Origin: Andalucia godoyi And28
Taxonomy: Eukaryota; Protista; Jakobida
DNA: 56,547 nucleotides
NCBI GenBank assembly: GCA_009859145.1
Contig: VRVR01000024.1
Location: 1 to 56,547, forward strand
Reading direction: 5' to 3'
This document shows positions 27,025-37,780 of this stretch, piece after piece; the first letter of the stretch is position 1, and every line of letters begins with the position of its first letter. Position numbers and translations under genes: made by a program. The notes under the pieces were generated by a model that did no database searches, was not told the DNA's origin, and was given only the letters and a program-made list of their open reading frames with translations.

Positions 27025-30000
27025 ATGTGGAAGTGTACGTTTTCCGGCTGCCTAAGTGGGATCCCTGTTTCGCGATATGTGTCTGAGGATTCGGGACTGC
27101 AGGTGTACTTGGCACGGGTGAATGGACCGACCGTGCATGGCCACTACGCGCTCGCTACTGAGACGCACGATGACTTTGGCTGTCCGCACACTTTGGAGCA
27201 TCTCGTTTTTATGGGCTCCGAGGATTATCCTTTCAAGGGCGTGCTGGACAAGCTTGCGAACCGGTCCCTTTCGCGGGGAACAAACGCGTGGACCGACGTG
27301 GATTCCACTGTGTACACGCAGTCAAATGCTGGGGCGGAGGGATTCCTGCAGCTGCTTCCTGTCTATCTGGATCACATCTTGTTTCCTAGAATCACTGACG
27401 AGGCCTTCTTGACCGAGGTTCACCACATCAACGGAGAGGGAGAGGACGCCGGCGTTGTCTACTGCGAGATGCAAGCCCGGGAGAATGCGCCATTCTCAGT
27501 ATGCTACCGCACGCTTATGAAGTCTTTGTTTGAAAGGACTGGGTATGCTTCAGAAACTGGTGGAATGCTAGAGCCGCTGCGCAGATTGACTGTGGAACAG
27601 GTAAGAAATTATCATCGTCAGTACTATCGACCGAATAACCTGGGGTTGATCATTACGGGGAATGTGGAACCGCAAGAGCTGTTTACGGCGTTGGAGCCTC
27701 TGAACAAGAAAATCAAGTCGAAGAACTGGGATCATATTGCGGGTTTGTCAAGGGTTTGGGACTCGCCAGTCCCAGCGTTTACCGGCACGCAGATGCACAA
27801 TGTCGACTTTCCGGCCGTGGATGAAGAAGGAGGCGCTCAGGTTTTTGTAGGATATCGTGCTCCAGGCTACGTGGAATTCGAGAAGTTGCTGGCTTTGCGA
27901 ATCCTGTCCACGTACTTGGCTGCCTCGCCCGTGTCGCCTCTGCAGAAAGCTTTCGTGCATAATGACGACCCGTGGTGCTCGGAAGTTGGCGCTGGTGGAG
28001 GCACACAGTCGGAATCCAGCACCATCTTTATGTTTATGAATTTTGTGTCTGCAAAGCTGCCGTTGTTCGCCGAACGATTTTGCGCCGTGTTGCGTGAGTC
28101 GAAGACTTCCTTCGACTTGAATCGAATGCGGACCAACATTCATCAGAAGCGCATTCGCTTTATTGAGTCTCTGGAATCTGATCCACATAATCAAATTGCG
28201 CATCTGCTGATTCCGGAATTTTTGTATGGACCTTCAGTCGATCATATGAACGTTTTAATTCGTCAAGCTGATATTCTGGAAGAGCTCGAGGGTAAGTCGG
28301 CTGCGTACTGGATTGACCTGCTGGACGAATATCTGGTGGATAAACCGGCTTGCATTGTGCTGGGTCGTCCGTCGGCGGAGTCGGCTGCAAGTCTGCAGCT
28401 GTCTGAGTCTGAACGCCTGCAAGCACAGAAAGAGGCTTTGGGATCCGATGCGCTCGCTACATTCCAAAACAATCTCGAGCGGGCGATGGCGTCCAATGAA
28501 GTACCGTGTCCGGATGAGCTACTTGGTCGTTTCCAGATCCCATCAGTAGAGAACATCTCGTTTTTCCCCATTACGACGCATCTCCAAAAGGACCCAGAAT
28601 TCGGAATTGATTGTCACATTGATGAGATGAATAGCGGTATCTACCGTTTGACCGTGCTCTGCAATTCGGATGATGTTCCTGAAGATCTGCGCGACTATCT
28701 GGAACTGTTTCTCGACTGTATTATGCAGCTGCCATTGAAGTTACCGGACGCAGCACGCGCTGCAGCCGAACCTGAGCAGCTTTCGCATGAAGATGTGGTA
28801 CGGAAATGGAACGAAGAAACGCTGACTCACTCGAATGGTGCTGGATTCGGCGGATCTACGAATTTCACGTGCGGCCTCTTTGGTCAGTTGTTGACGTTTG
28901 GGTTTTCATGCGAACCGTCCAAACTCGCTAGCAGTTCTCGATTGCTGGCACACGTCTTGTTCCATTCCGTTTTTGACAAGGAGCGCATTCTCATTTCTGT
29001 GAATCGGCTGTTGAATGATTGCGTGCAAGCCAAGAGGGACGGTGGTACGATGTGTTCTGCCGGTGTCCGGCATATGATGTTCAGCTTGCATTCCAATCAT
29101 CGCGCTTCCCAAGTAGTGCGCCAGGAATGCTTTTTGCAAAGTATTCTAGAATCGATCTCGAAGGGCGCTGACTTCTGCGATGAAGTTATCGCGAAATTGC
29201 GCGATTTTCGAGCTCATCTTCTTCGTCCGAATTTTATTCGGGTGTACGTAGCTGGACCGTGTTCGAGTTTGGATGCTCTGTCGCAATCCATTCGATTTCT
29301 ATTGCAATCGATTTCCAAGGCCCCGGCATCCACCTCGCTTTCGTCGTCGGACCCTTCGTGGTCGAGCAAGTTTACGTCCTGGGAGAGCCGACCGAAAAAC
29401 GTTGCTATCGCCATTGCTTCATTGGAGTCTGCGTACATGAATGTTGTGGTCCCTGGACCTACGTTGTTCTCCGATCCGGACATTCCGTCCTTGCTCGTCC
29501 TTGTTGAGCTTCTTACGGGGTCCGAAGGCCCGTTCTGGACGAAGATTCGCGGAATGGGTCTTTCGTACTCGTATGGAATTCGAGTTGATCCTGAAGCTGG
29601 CTCCATTACATTTGTGCTGTTCAAGAGCGGGTCTCCTGTTCAAGCACTCGAGCAAGCAAAAACCATTGTGCATGACTTGGTTTCTGGAAAAACTGCGTTT
29701 GATGAGCTGGCACTGGAATCCGCCAAAGCAGCAGTGTACTTCTCGTACATTGAACGCGAAGACACGGTTGCGTCATCATCAATGCAACGGCTGATGAATT
29801 CGTACCGCAAAGTGTCTGTGGACAATTTTACGCATGAGCGATTGGCCCAAATCAGCCGGGTGTGCATGCAAGATGTCATGCGTGTGCTCACCAAATGGAT
29901 TCATCCGATGTTTTCGAACGAATCGGCTGCTTTCCGCAGAGTTGCCTTCACGTCATCCCCAGCAAATGCGCAGAAAATTATCGATGGCGTTACGGATCTC

Positions 30001-30081
30001 GTTGGATCTGCCGAGTTTAGCTTAATTGGGGATCACGAGACAGCTTCCGACACCATATCATCCTACTTTACCAAAGAATGA
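27025..30081 (+). CDS. M16 (insulinase-family, M16C-related) zinc metallopeptidase
   Basis: Inverted zinc motif HTLEH; GTNAWT; AFLTEVHH...GVVYCEM (third ligand Glu); FWTKIRGMGLSYSY. Confidence 0.9.
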   Translation: MWKCTFSGCLSGIPVSRYVSEDSGLQVYLARVNGPTVHGHYALATETHDDFGCPHTLEHLVFMGSEDYPFKGVLDKLANRSLSRGTNAWTDVDSTVYTQSNAGAEGFLQLLPVYLDHILFPRITDEAFLTEVHHINGEGEDAGVVYCEMQARENAPFSVCYRTLMKSLFERTGYASETGGMLEPLRRLTVEQVRNYHRQYYRPNNLGLIITGNVEPQELFTALEPLNKKIKSKNWDHIAGLSRVWDSPVPAFTGTQMHNVDFPAVDEEGGAQVFVGYRAPGYVEFEKLLALRILSTYLAASPVSPLQKAFVHNDDPWCSEVGAGGGTQSESSTIFMFMNFVSAKLPLFAERFCAVLRESKTSFDLNRMRTNIHQKRIRFIESLESDPHNQIAHLLIPEFLYGPSVDHMNVLIRQADILEELEGKSAAYWIDLLDEYLVDKPACIVLGRPSAESAASLQLSESERLQAQKEALGSDALATFQNNLERAMASNEVPCPDELLGRFQIPSVENISFFPITTHLQKDPEFGIDCHIDEMNSGIYRLTVLCNSDDVPEDLRDYLELFLDCIMQLPLKLPDAARAAAEPEQLSHEDVVRKWNEETLTHSNGAGFGGSTNFTCGLFGQLLTFGFSCEPSKLASSSRLLAHVLFHSVFDKERILISVNRLLNDCVQAKRDGGTMCSAGVRHMMFSLHSNHRASQVVRQECFLQSILESISKGADFCDEVIAKLRDFRAHLLRPNFIRVYVAGPCSSLDALSQSIRFLLQSISKAPASTSLSSSDPSWSSKFTSWESRPKNVAIAIASLESAYMNVVVPGPTLFSDPDIPSLLVLVELLTGSEGPFWTKIRGMGLSYSYGIRVDPEAGSITFVLFKSGSPVQALEQAKTIVHDLVSGKTAFDELALESAKAAVYFSYIEREDTVASSSMQRLMNSYRKVSVDNFTHERLAQISRVCMQDVMRVLTKWIHPMFSNESAAFRRVAFTSSPANAQKIIDGVTDLVGSAEFSLIGDHETASDTISSYFTKE

Positions 30082-30221
30082 TCATGAAAGTGTGGAAACT
30101 ATGGAATGGCGACTGCGAGTGATGTAAGTCATAAATTCGGGGAGAGAAGGGGAGGGTGGGAAATTAAATGAGAGGGATGGCGAAAAAACAACGCATCGGT
30201 TATGCAACATTAGATTCGACG

Positions 30222-31991
30222 CTACTGCAGTGCAACATCATGCGCGTAGATTTCAGCGTACTGGCTGCTGTCGAGAGTCAGCAGCGCCGCGTGGAATGCG
30301 TTGGGATTGTCCGCGATGACCTGGTGACCCCCCGGCACGACCCGGACTTGCACTTTGCCGCGGATAGATTTTGCGGCCTCGACACCAGCATCAATCTGCC
30401 GGATCCAGGACGTTTGTCCGTATATGAAGGTTGCGTCGATTGACGGGTCCAGATCATGCAACCGGTGAACCAGCGGACGGTCAGCCCATTCAATGTCCTT
30501 GTGTTCGGTGAACAGTCTATTGAACAGCAGCTCCCCTGTTGCGGGTTGGATGGTGTTCGTCTCGTAGAGATAAATGAGAATCGGGCTGTCCTGCAATTTC
30601 TCTTCGCGCTCCTTTCTTGTTGGTCGCGGAGTCCCTGCTGACGTGGGGGTCGCGGTTGCGGTCGCAGCCGCATACACGAGAGACGCCGTTTCGGACACTG
30701 AGTCGTAGATCGACGGATGCAGTGCATTTCGGTAGCGATCATGCATGTCCGCCAGCGAAAAGGACAGTACCCGCAATCCAAGAGGTCTACTCAACTGTCG
30801 AAGGACCGAAAGTGCTGTCCAGGAATTCACTGCAAATGCGCGGATCGCCATGCGAATCAACAATTCCAGAAAGGGGGCCTGCTTGGTCGAGGGATCAGCA
30901 CTCATCATGGAACCCGCAAGCACTGCGACATCGCTGTGGCCGGAGCTTGCAGGCTCCAGGCTCGACGGGAGTCGAGATTGCGGATCCGCATTGACAATTT
31001 CAGGCATTTCACGAGACGCAGAAGAGGCATCGGAATGTCGGCGACCGAACAGCCGCGAACGCAGCAGGTGCTGTGTCGATTCCAAGATACCCTTAAGCAT
31101 CAATGACACCACAGGGCCCCGCAGCCTTACAGGATGCTCTGGAATGCCCCACGGATCGCAGAGTGTCAGCGCACGCACATGGTTTGGAAACTGCAGTGCA
31201 AATGCTGCGGCAAGGTACCCTCCGAGAGAATGACCAACGACGTGCACCTTCTCCGCTTCAAGCCCGATTTTTCTCTTCCACGATCTCAAGCAGCGGCTGA
31301 AAAACATCTCTGCACGCTGCGACTCCGCCATCTGTGCATAGCCATAAACGCCCGACGACTGCGGAATCGGATCGGCAGCTCGCGATGAGAACCCAAAACA
31401 CGGCAAATCCAACGCATACACACGAAACGATGCGGCCAACTCATCAATGGACAGCGCCCAGTAACCAATTGCGCTCGCAAATCCATGAATAAGGACAATG
31501 CTAGGCTTGGACATGTCTTCGGGTGATCCGCAACCTGCGATCAGCGTGTTCAGCAAAAGGACTTCGTCAGCGACGAATGGATGTGGGACTGCGACAAGCT
31601 TCTTCTGCATGTGCGAACGAACAGACGAGAACATTTTTCTTTCCGTCTCAAAGAAGCCGCGGTCCCGCATAAGCGACGGATGCCATGACTCGTGCTCCTG
31701 CCGTGCCGTTATACCTGGAATCCTGCCAATACTGCCAATACTTGAAACCACAGAGGATGAGGAAGAGCCAGCAGGCGATGGTGGAGGAAGTGCAAGAAAA
31801 GGGGAAGACGAAGAAGACGAAGAAGAAGACGAAGACAGCGCAGCACGATTTCGGCGCTCTGAAACCAACCTTGCGCTATTTGATGCCGAGTCTGTCCACA
31901 AGTCCAACGCAGCACCCCGAGAAGCCGCACCGATCCCAGCTGTACCCTTCAACGAGCTTTTTGAAACCCGCTTCATCTCACCTCCCTCCAT
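30222..31991 (-). CDS. Alpha/beta hydrolase, ABHD4/ABHD5/Cld1-like lipase-acyltransferase
   Basis: VLIHGF; VYALDLPCFGFSSR; nucleophile elbow GHSLGG (Ser retained); LCDPWG; C-terminal HX4D motif GGHQVIAD. Confidence 0.88.
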   Translation of the reverse strand: MEGGEMKRVSKSSLKGTAGIGAASRGAALDLWTDSASNSARLVSERRNRAALSSSSSSSSSSSPFLALPPPSPAGSSSSSVVSSIGSIGRIPGITARQEHESWHPSLMRDRGFFETERKMFSSVRSHMQKKLVAVPHPFVADEVLLLNTLIAGCGSPEDMSKPSIVLIHGFASAIGYWALSIDELAASFRVYALDLPCFGFSSRAADPIPQSSGVYGYAQMAESQRAEMFFSRCLRSWKRKIGLEAEKVHVVGHSLGGYLAAAFALQFPNHVRALTLCDPWGIPEHPVRLRGPVVSLMLKGILESTQHLLRSRLFGRRHSDASSASREMPEIVNADPQSRLPSSLEPASSGHSDVAVLAGSMMSADPSTKQAPFLELLIRMAIRAFAVNSWTALSVLRQLSRPLGLRVLSFSLADMHDRYRNALHPSIYDSVSETASLVYAAATATATPTSAGTPRPTRKEREEKLQDSPILIYLYETNTIQPATGELLFNRLFTEHKDIEWADRPLVHRLHDLDPSIDATFIYGQTSWIRQIDAGVEAAKSIRGKVQVRVVPGGHQVIADNPNAFHAALLTLDSSQYAEIYAHDVALQ

Positions 31992-32007
31992 TCATTGATC
32001 ACAACGC

Positions 32008-32008
32008 C

Positions 32009-32050
<42 letters not shown>

Positions 32051-32088
32051 TATTATTATTATTATTATTATTGTTGTTGTTGTTGTTG
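32008..32088. repeat. Compound microsatellite (CAA)14(TTA)7(TTG)6
   Basis: Read directly from the sequence; the outer arms are reverse-complementary. Confidence 0.9.
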
Positions 32089-32415
32089 CAGTTACGTATT
32101 ATTATTTATTTATCTTTTGGAATGGAAACAAAAGGCTTTCATTTTCGCGGGTCATTTCGCCACTATTTCCATTCAAGTTCCTAAAAGATCCGGCATTCGT
32201 AGCGTGCAATGGCTATCCTGCATCTCTCCCGGCTCCCTAGGGAGAAAGATACTGGTGATACCTCGAAAAGCCGGGGAAAATATGGAGTGTAGATTATGGG
32301 TTTCCTAAACGAAGGACCGAGCGCAAAAGAGAAAACTTGATTTTTGAGAAAAGAAAAAAGAAGAGAAGAGAAGAGAGCTGGGGAAGAAACGCGAATTAAT
32401 AGAGTGTAACAGACG

Positions 32416-33202
32416 ATGACGATTGCGATGAGCGTGTCGCCCTTTGAGCTTGCTGTTGTGTGCTCGTCCAACGTGAACAGATCGATGGCTGCTCATAAGG
32501 CACTTAGTGAAGCTGGCTTTTCCGTCTCCTCTTTTGGTACAGGTACGTTTTTGGTTTTGTTCAGTTGTTTTGTGTGTGCGTGTGTGCGTGTGTGTGTTTG
32601 TGTGTTTGTGTGTTTTCTATTTAATTGATTTTAATTCCATTGTGTTTCTTTTTCGGTGTAACTTTTCTTGTGCTAATACATGATATATGATGTGATTGGG
32701 GCTGTGTGTTGTGATAGGGTCAATGGTGAAGCTTCCGGGGCCGCGACCGGATCGGCCGAATGTGTATTCTTTTGATACGCCATATGCACAGATTCTAGCG
32801 GATCTCTCGTCTCGTGATGCAGAGCTGTATCGAAAGACGGGGATTTTAGGGCTGCTTGAGCGGAATGTACAGGTCAAGGAGCGTCCTCAGAGATGGGCCG
32901 AGGCTGATGCAACATTGTATGATATTGTCATTGCGTTTGAAGATCGCATTTTCGATGCGCTGTGCGATAACATTTCAAATCGTGAAATCACGGGTCTTCC
33001 ATCGAGCAAGACTGTGCATGTTCTCAACTTGCATACCCGTGACAGCCCAGACCAGGCGGAGATCGCGGCTCAGATCGTCGTCGAAGTCGCAAGAATGCTC
33101 GCTGCATCTGGAGACCAGTGGGAATCCATGATCGATCACATCATGCAGCATGTCGAAAAGGCGCAACATAGACCGCTGCTGCACACCGTGTTCTTTGTCT
33201 AG
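32416..33202 (+). CDS. SSU72: RNA Pol II CTD phosphatase Ssu72; two exons, 32416-32542 and 32718-33202
   Basis: CX5R motif VCSSNVNRSM. Splicing restores SFGTGSMVKLPGPRPDRPNVY, matching Ssu72. Total 612 nt in frame. Alternative start at ATG 32428. Confidence 0.93.
32543..32717 (+). other. Spliceosomal intron in SSU72 (175 nt, phase 1)
   Basis: Donor GTACGT at 32543; branch-like TGCTAAT at 32671-32677; acceptor TAG ending 32717. Removal restores a conserved peptide. Confidence 0.92.
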
Positions 33203-33537
33203 GCTTACGCGACTGGCCTCGGTTTTGGCGAGCTGGAAGGAAGAAAAGACGTCGAAGGTATTATTATTATTGTTGTTGTTGTTGATGTTGGTGGTGGTGG
33301 TGGTGGTGGTGGTGGTGGTGTTGTTGCTGTTTATTTTTTATTTCTCTTCTTTCTTTCTCGATTGAACAGGGCGGGACGCTGGGAAATGAAGAAGAGTGCA
33401 GAAGTGGAAATAGAAGATGAGCGAGTATAGGCACGATTTCGTGCGTAAATGAAAATTGAGTTCATGGAACCTGCCAAATGAATCCAAAACAATCAGCAAG
33501 AAGAAAGGGACACCTAACCCAGAAGCCGCCTCATTGC

Positions 33538-33726
33538 TTACTGCTTTGCGCATTGGCAGTTGGGACCGCACTTGCAGTTAGGACCGCATTTGCAGGTGCA
33601 TGCGGCTGCCGAGCCACCTGCTGCTGCCGTTGCTGCAGATCCCGATGCGTCCGAGCAGGCAGCACTTGCGCATTTGCAGTTGGGGCCGCATTCACACTTT
33701 CCTCCGTTTACACAGTTGCAAGTCAT
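33538..33726 (-). CDS. Metallothionein A (62 aa, 14 Cys; two Cys clusters with an Ala/Gly/Ser linker)
   Basis: MTCNCVNGGKCECGPNCKCASAACSDASGSAATAAAGGSAAACTCKCGPNCKCGPNCQCAKQ. ATG at 33726 in A-rich context; CxC pairs; no aromatic residues. Confidence 0.85.
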   Translation of the reverse strand: MTCNCVNGGKCECGPNCKCASAACSDASGSAATAAAGGSAAACTCKCGPNCKCGPNCQCAKQ

Positions 33727-34125
33727 TTCTATACTTTCTACTTTCCAAAAATCAGAGTGATCAGATATCAGAAACAAGAAACGGGAGGAGGAAACGGAGA
33801 GAAAGAGAGAAGAAGAGGCGGAGTGGCGAAATTCAGGCTTTCCAGTTTCAACCAGTATGATCGACGGGCGGAGTTGAACGCGTTTCCTCAATCAGGGAAA
33901 ATCTGTTTTCTATTTTTCGTTCTGCTGGGACGTAAATGAGCATCGTCATGCATCAATGTCTGCATTTTCGGATGCTCATCTTTTGCCAAGCACGCAGGGC
34001 AACTGTGTTCACTTGGCATGCGACGCACAAGAGTGCAGGGACTGGCAGGTCACGACCCGTCGAACACTGGAGAACGATGAAATGGGAAAACGGTATTTAC
34101 AAGAAGAGGGTGAGAGGGGGGCCGC

Positions 34126-35499
34126 TCATCGACTGGCCAAAGACGAGCGCAGTTTTGCAGCTTGCCAGTGCTCGTCAAACACGCTTTTCGCAACCACTTG
34201 AGCAGAAATAACACGACCGTCGAACTTGGAACGCTCCAATTTGGAAGCCGCATTCCTTGCAGCCGCTTCCGAGTCAAATAGGATGTACACGTGCCCGGGA
34301 GTTCGTGGGATAACGAGCGTGTTCAACACGTTACCAAACTGGCCAACCTGCTCCACAGAAGCATCGGTAACGTCACGGACAAGGTCTCTATCGTCGTCAG
34401 TTTCCGCAAACAGGTTGGAAAGAAAGACCGCGCACAGCGAGCCATCATGCGTGGTAGCAGCACCACCACCACCACTACCACCACCACTTGGGTTGGAGAT
34501 TGGCCCGGAAGGATTCGCGGCGCTCGGCTCCATAGCGGATGGACGGCTGTCCACACGTACGACTTGCATAAAGTAGTCCACCAATTCTCTTCCGTTCAGA
34601 TTTTCGACAGCAAGATCGGCGGCCTTCGGGTCTTCAAACGTGACAAGCGCATCCTTTCCTTCCTTTTCTTGCACGACATCCACTACCTCTCCAAACACGC
34701 CAAAGACAGTTTTCAAGTGCGACACATTCACGTACGGATGCAGTCCGGACACCCGGACGGAATACTGGGCTCGTCGAGCCAACGGCGGAAGATTAATCTC
34801 TGGCATCGTACGATACACCGGCGGGCCTTTCTGCACTCGATCTGGCTCGGCTGCTTGAATTCGCAATGTTGATTCATGGAGAATGGAGCCCGAAAGGTGA
34901 ACTGCCTTTGGAACTGTCGAGACGTCGCAAAATTCCACAAAACCTACTCCGCGAGAGCGTTTCGTTCGAAAATCCAGAACCAGCTTCACGTTCGCAACTT
35001 TTCCTGCTTCCCTCTCAAAAAACTCCCTCATGTCTGCTTCCGTGGTGTGCCTCGAAAGCCCTGACACATACACCGTCCGCGATGCACGTGCAGCATCGTT
35101 TGTCCCTGCTGCAGACATCTGCGATTCTCCTCCTCCTGCTTCTGCGTTGTCACTCCGTCTGTAGCGGTTCCCTCGGTCATAATACTCACGATCATCACCT
35201 CTCCGATAATCCTCTCGATCGTCACGATGCCCGTGGTCTCGGTACCTATAGTCTCTCGCACTCGAAGCACTACCAGCAAGAACAGGATCATTCGTGCTTC
35301 TCGCCGCATCTCTCCAGTTTGAGTTCGAGTCTGCACTGCGGTCTCCGTAGCTTCGGTCATATCGATCACGACCAAAACCTCTCGGATATCCATCCCTATT
35401 GCCATCTCGCTCTCGATCCCTATAGCTGTCTCGGTCACGGTCTCTGTAGCTGTCACGATCTCGGTCGCGGTCTCGGTCGCGGTCGCGGTCTCGGTAGCT

Positions 35500-35531
<32 letters not shown>

Positions 35532-35739
35532 AGCTGTAGCTGTAGCTGTCGCGGTCGCGAGAATCGGCAGACTCGCGGTCTCTCCAATTGGAGTTGTGCG
35601 AACGCTGGAAAGAACCGCGGTTCTGTGCGCTCGGTTCTGGAGATCTGGGCCGTTTTCGAGTTTCCAGTCCCGGAGATTTCAACCGACCATCATCACCACC
35701 ACCATCACCATCACCATCCCGCAACGGCTGCTCCGACAT
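34126..35739 (-). CDS. RBM39: RBM39/CAPER-like splicing factor (RD/RS region, two RRMs, UHM)
   Basis: RD dipeptide tract; RRM1 TVYVSGL...KRSRGVGFVEF; RRM2 VRVSGL...DALVTF; UHM-like AVFLSNLF...GHVYILF...KFDGRVISA. ATG at 35739. Confidence 0.8.
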
Positions 35740-36284
35740 TCCTTTGGGCACCAAAAATATGCAATGCTTGTCATACAGAAACCGAGAAGAACCAACAGAA
35801 CCAAACAAAAGATGCAAAGCGAACGTGGAATGCCAAAGGTTTCAAAAAGGAGCTCGCAACTCGTTCAGCATCAAGTGAGCGTAGACGGTGCGGAGGTGGT
35901 TTTTTGCCTTCTTGTGAAGGTGAGGAACGAGCGGGAGAATCGAGGACGACGGGAGAGGCGGAACTCGGGAGACACGGAGAGACTTGTGAGAGACCTAGCG
36001 AGTGTCGCTGGGAAGAGGGAACGTGGTTGTGCGGTTGCGGTTGCGGTTGCGGTTGCGGTTGCGGTTGTGCGGTTGACAGATTAACTGGGCTTCTGTGTGT
36101 TTTTGCGCACGTCTTTACTACAGCGTTCGGACCGCCACTCTCGGCTCGATGATTTTAATTCTTTCGATTAGTAGGAATACTGATTAGTGGTTTTGTTTAG
36201 GTCAAGCAGATAAGGAAAGTGTCGATGCACAATGAAACTGCAGAAAGAATAAAAACAGTAGGTGCCATGGACAAGTCACACCGA

Positions 36285-36674
36285 TCAGGCTTTGGAAGCA
36301 TTGCAGCAAGGACACGTTGAGCCGCAGTGGCACTCTGCAGTGCAAGTGCATCCCTTGGCGCAGTCTTTACATGCTTTCGCACAACAGGCACAGTTGACGC
36401 ACTGACAGTTCGGCTGGCCTTCGCAGGCACATGTCCCAGACGCCGCGTCAATCTTGCATCCCGCACAGTGTTTTCTGTCTTTTGAAGCACAACAAGCACA
36501 GTTTGTGGAGCATTCGCACCGACCCGGCGGACACGAACACTCTCCTTTGCAGTTCGCACACGATTGGCTGCAACACGCGCAGTCCACACACTCGCACTGG
36601 CCCTTGTCCGACGCACAGACACACACTCCGGATGCATCCTTGACACAGTCTCGGCAACTCTGAACCTCAGCCAT
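36285..36674 (-). CDS. Metallothionein B (129 aa, 36 Cys, four 9-Cys modules)
   Basis: Four repeats of CxxC-xn-CxC-xn-CxC-xn-CxCC; no aromatic residues; clean ATG-to-stop ORF. Confidence 0.88.
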   Translation of the reverse strand: MAEVQSCRDCVKDASGVCVCASDKGQCECVDCACCSQSCANCKGECSCPPGRCECSTNCACCASKDRKHCAGCKIDAASGTCACEGQPNCQCVNCACCAKACKDCAKGCTCTAECHCGSTCPCCNASKA

Positions 36675-37780
36675 CGCACAGATTCGTGTTTACTCGAATA
36701 TGTATAAGATCGTACGAATGAAAGCGGTTTTTCTCTCTTCAGCTCAGAAAGTAACCTTTGAAAAAAAAAACCCGCGTTCGAGCATTAAATAATAATAATA
36801 ATAATAATGAAACGGAAGTCAAGCATCTCACGAACAGTACGTTTTTTTCCTTACGTCCAGACAGAACAGCATGACGTCCAGGGTACGTTCAAATGTGATC
36901 CAAGATGCGACCAGAATGCGTCGTCGGGCATTTCGAGTGCCAAAATCGACCTCCGCCGAAACCCCCGAAAACTCCCGAAATCCTCTGAACGCAGGAGACA
37001 CACATCTGCCACGCTTTCTCCGCAAACCACTTTGGCATTTTGTTGCATTGCGTCTTTTTGGACTTTCTTATCATTATTATTTTATGAGAAGCTGGGCTTT
37101 CCATTTTATTGTCTTTCTTTTTATAACCCCTCTACCCCAGACATCTGGCGGACGGCTGTGATATCATCAGATAGTATGGCTGAAGATGTGCAGACCGAGG
37201 CCCAATGAGGCACTGTCGAATACTGGCAACCCGATTCCTCCGCCGCGGCCTCTCTCTCCCTCTGCGGCGCACTCCATTGCCAATCAACAATCAATGCAAT
37301 ATCCGCTCAATTGAAAACAGAGAATGAAAGATCGAGAGAGAGAGAAAGAACAAGTGGATTAAAAATGCGGAATGGCAATAAATGAAGCTCGTTGAAACCC
37401 CTAGTTTCCCATGGTTCCCAAAGTCCAAACGGTTCCAACGAATGCACTAATTGATCCATTTGAGAGCTCTAACGAAAACATAGGCTGTTTCTGTTTTGGG
37501 TGCGCAGACCCACGGATGTCCCACTCAAAAGGGGAACTCATTGGATGGGCGCGGATGCTGACTGTAAAAAAAAAGTCCCTTTTTACTCCAAATAAATCTG
37601 CTTGAGGCGCAATATGCGAGCCCGATGTTTTGGAGAGGTTTTGGATTAGAGGATAATACGTTTTACGATTTTATTTTTAATTTACGTTTTAGATGTTTGC
37701 TAATGTTTTTAATAAGGATCACAGAAATATATTCTCGGTGTGAGTTTGTGAGAAGAAAGGTTAGAAGCAGGAAAGGCAAC

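Noticed and set aside
33930-34130. MRE-like TGCACTC (34031-34037, minus), repeated GCTCATC near MT-A, and GTACG cores upstream of MT-B
   Set aside because: These short motifs are expected by chance, and their cognate factors (MTF-1, Mac1, CRR1) are specific to other lineages.
37227-37292. Hairpin with internal loop followed by ACA (H/ACA snoRNA-like)
   Set aside because: The pocket-to-ACA distance of about 17 nt is long, and only one guide arm matches a recalled 18S sequence.
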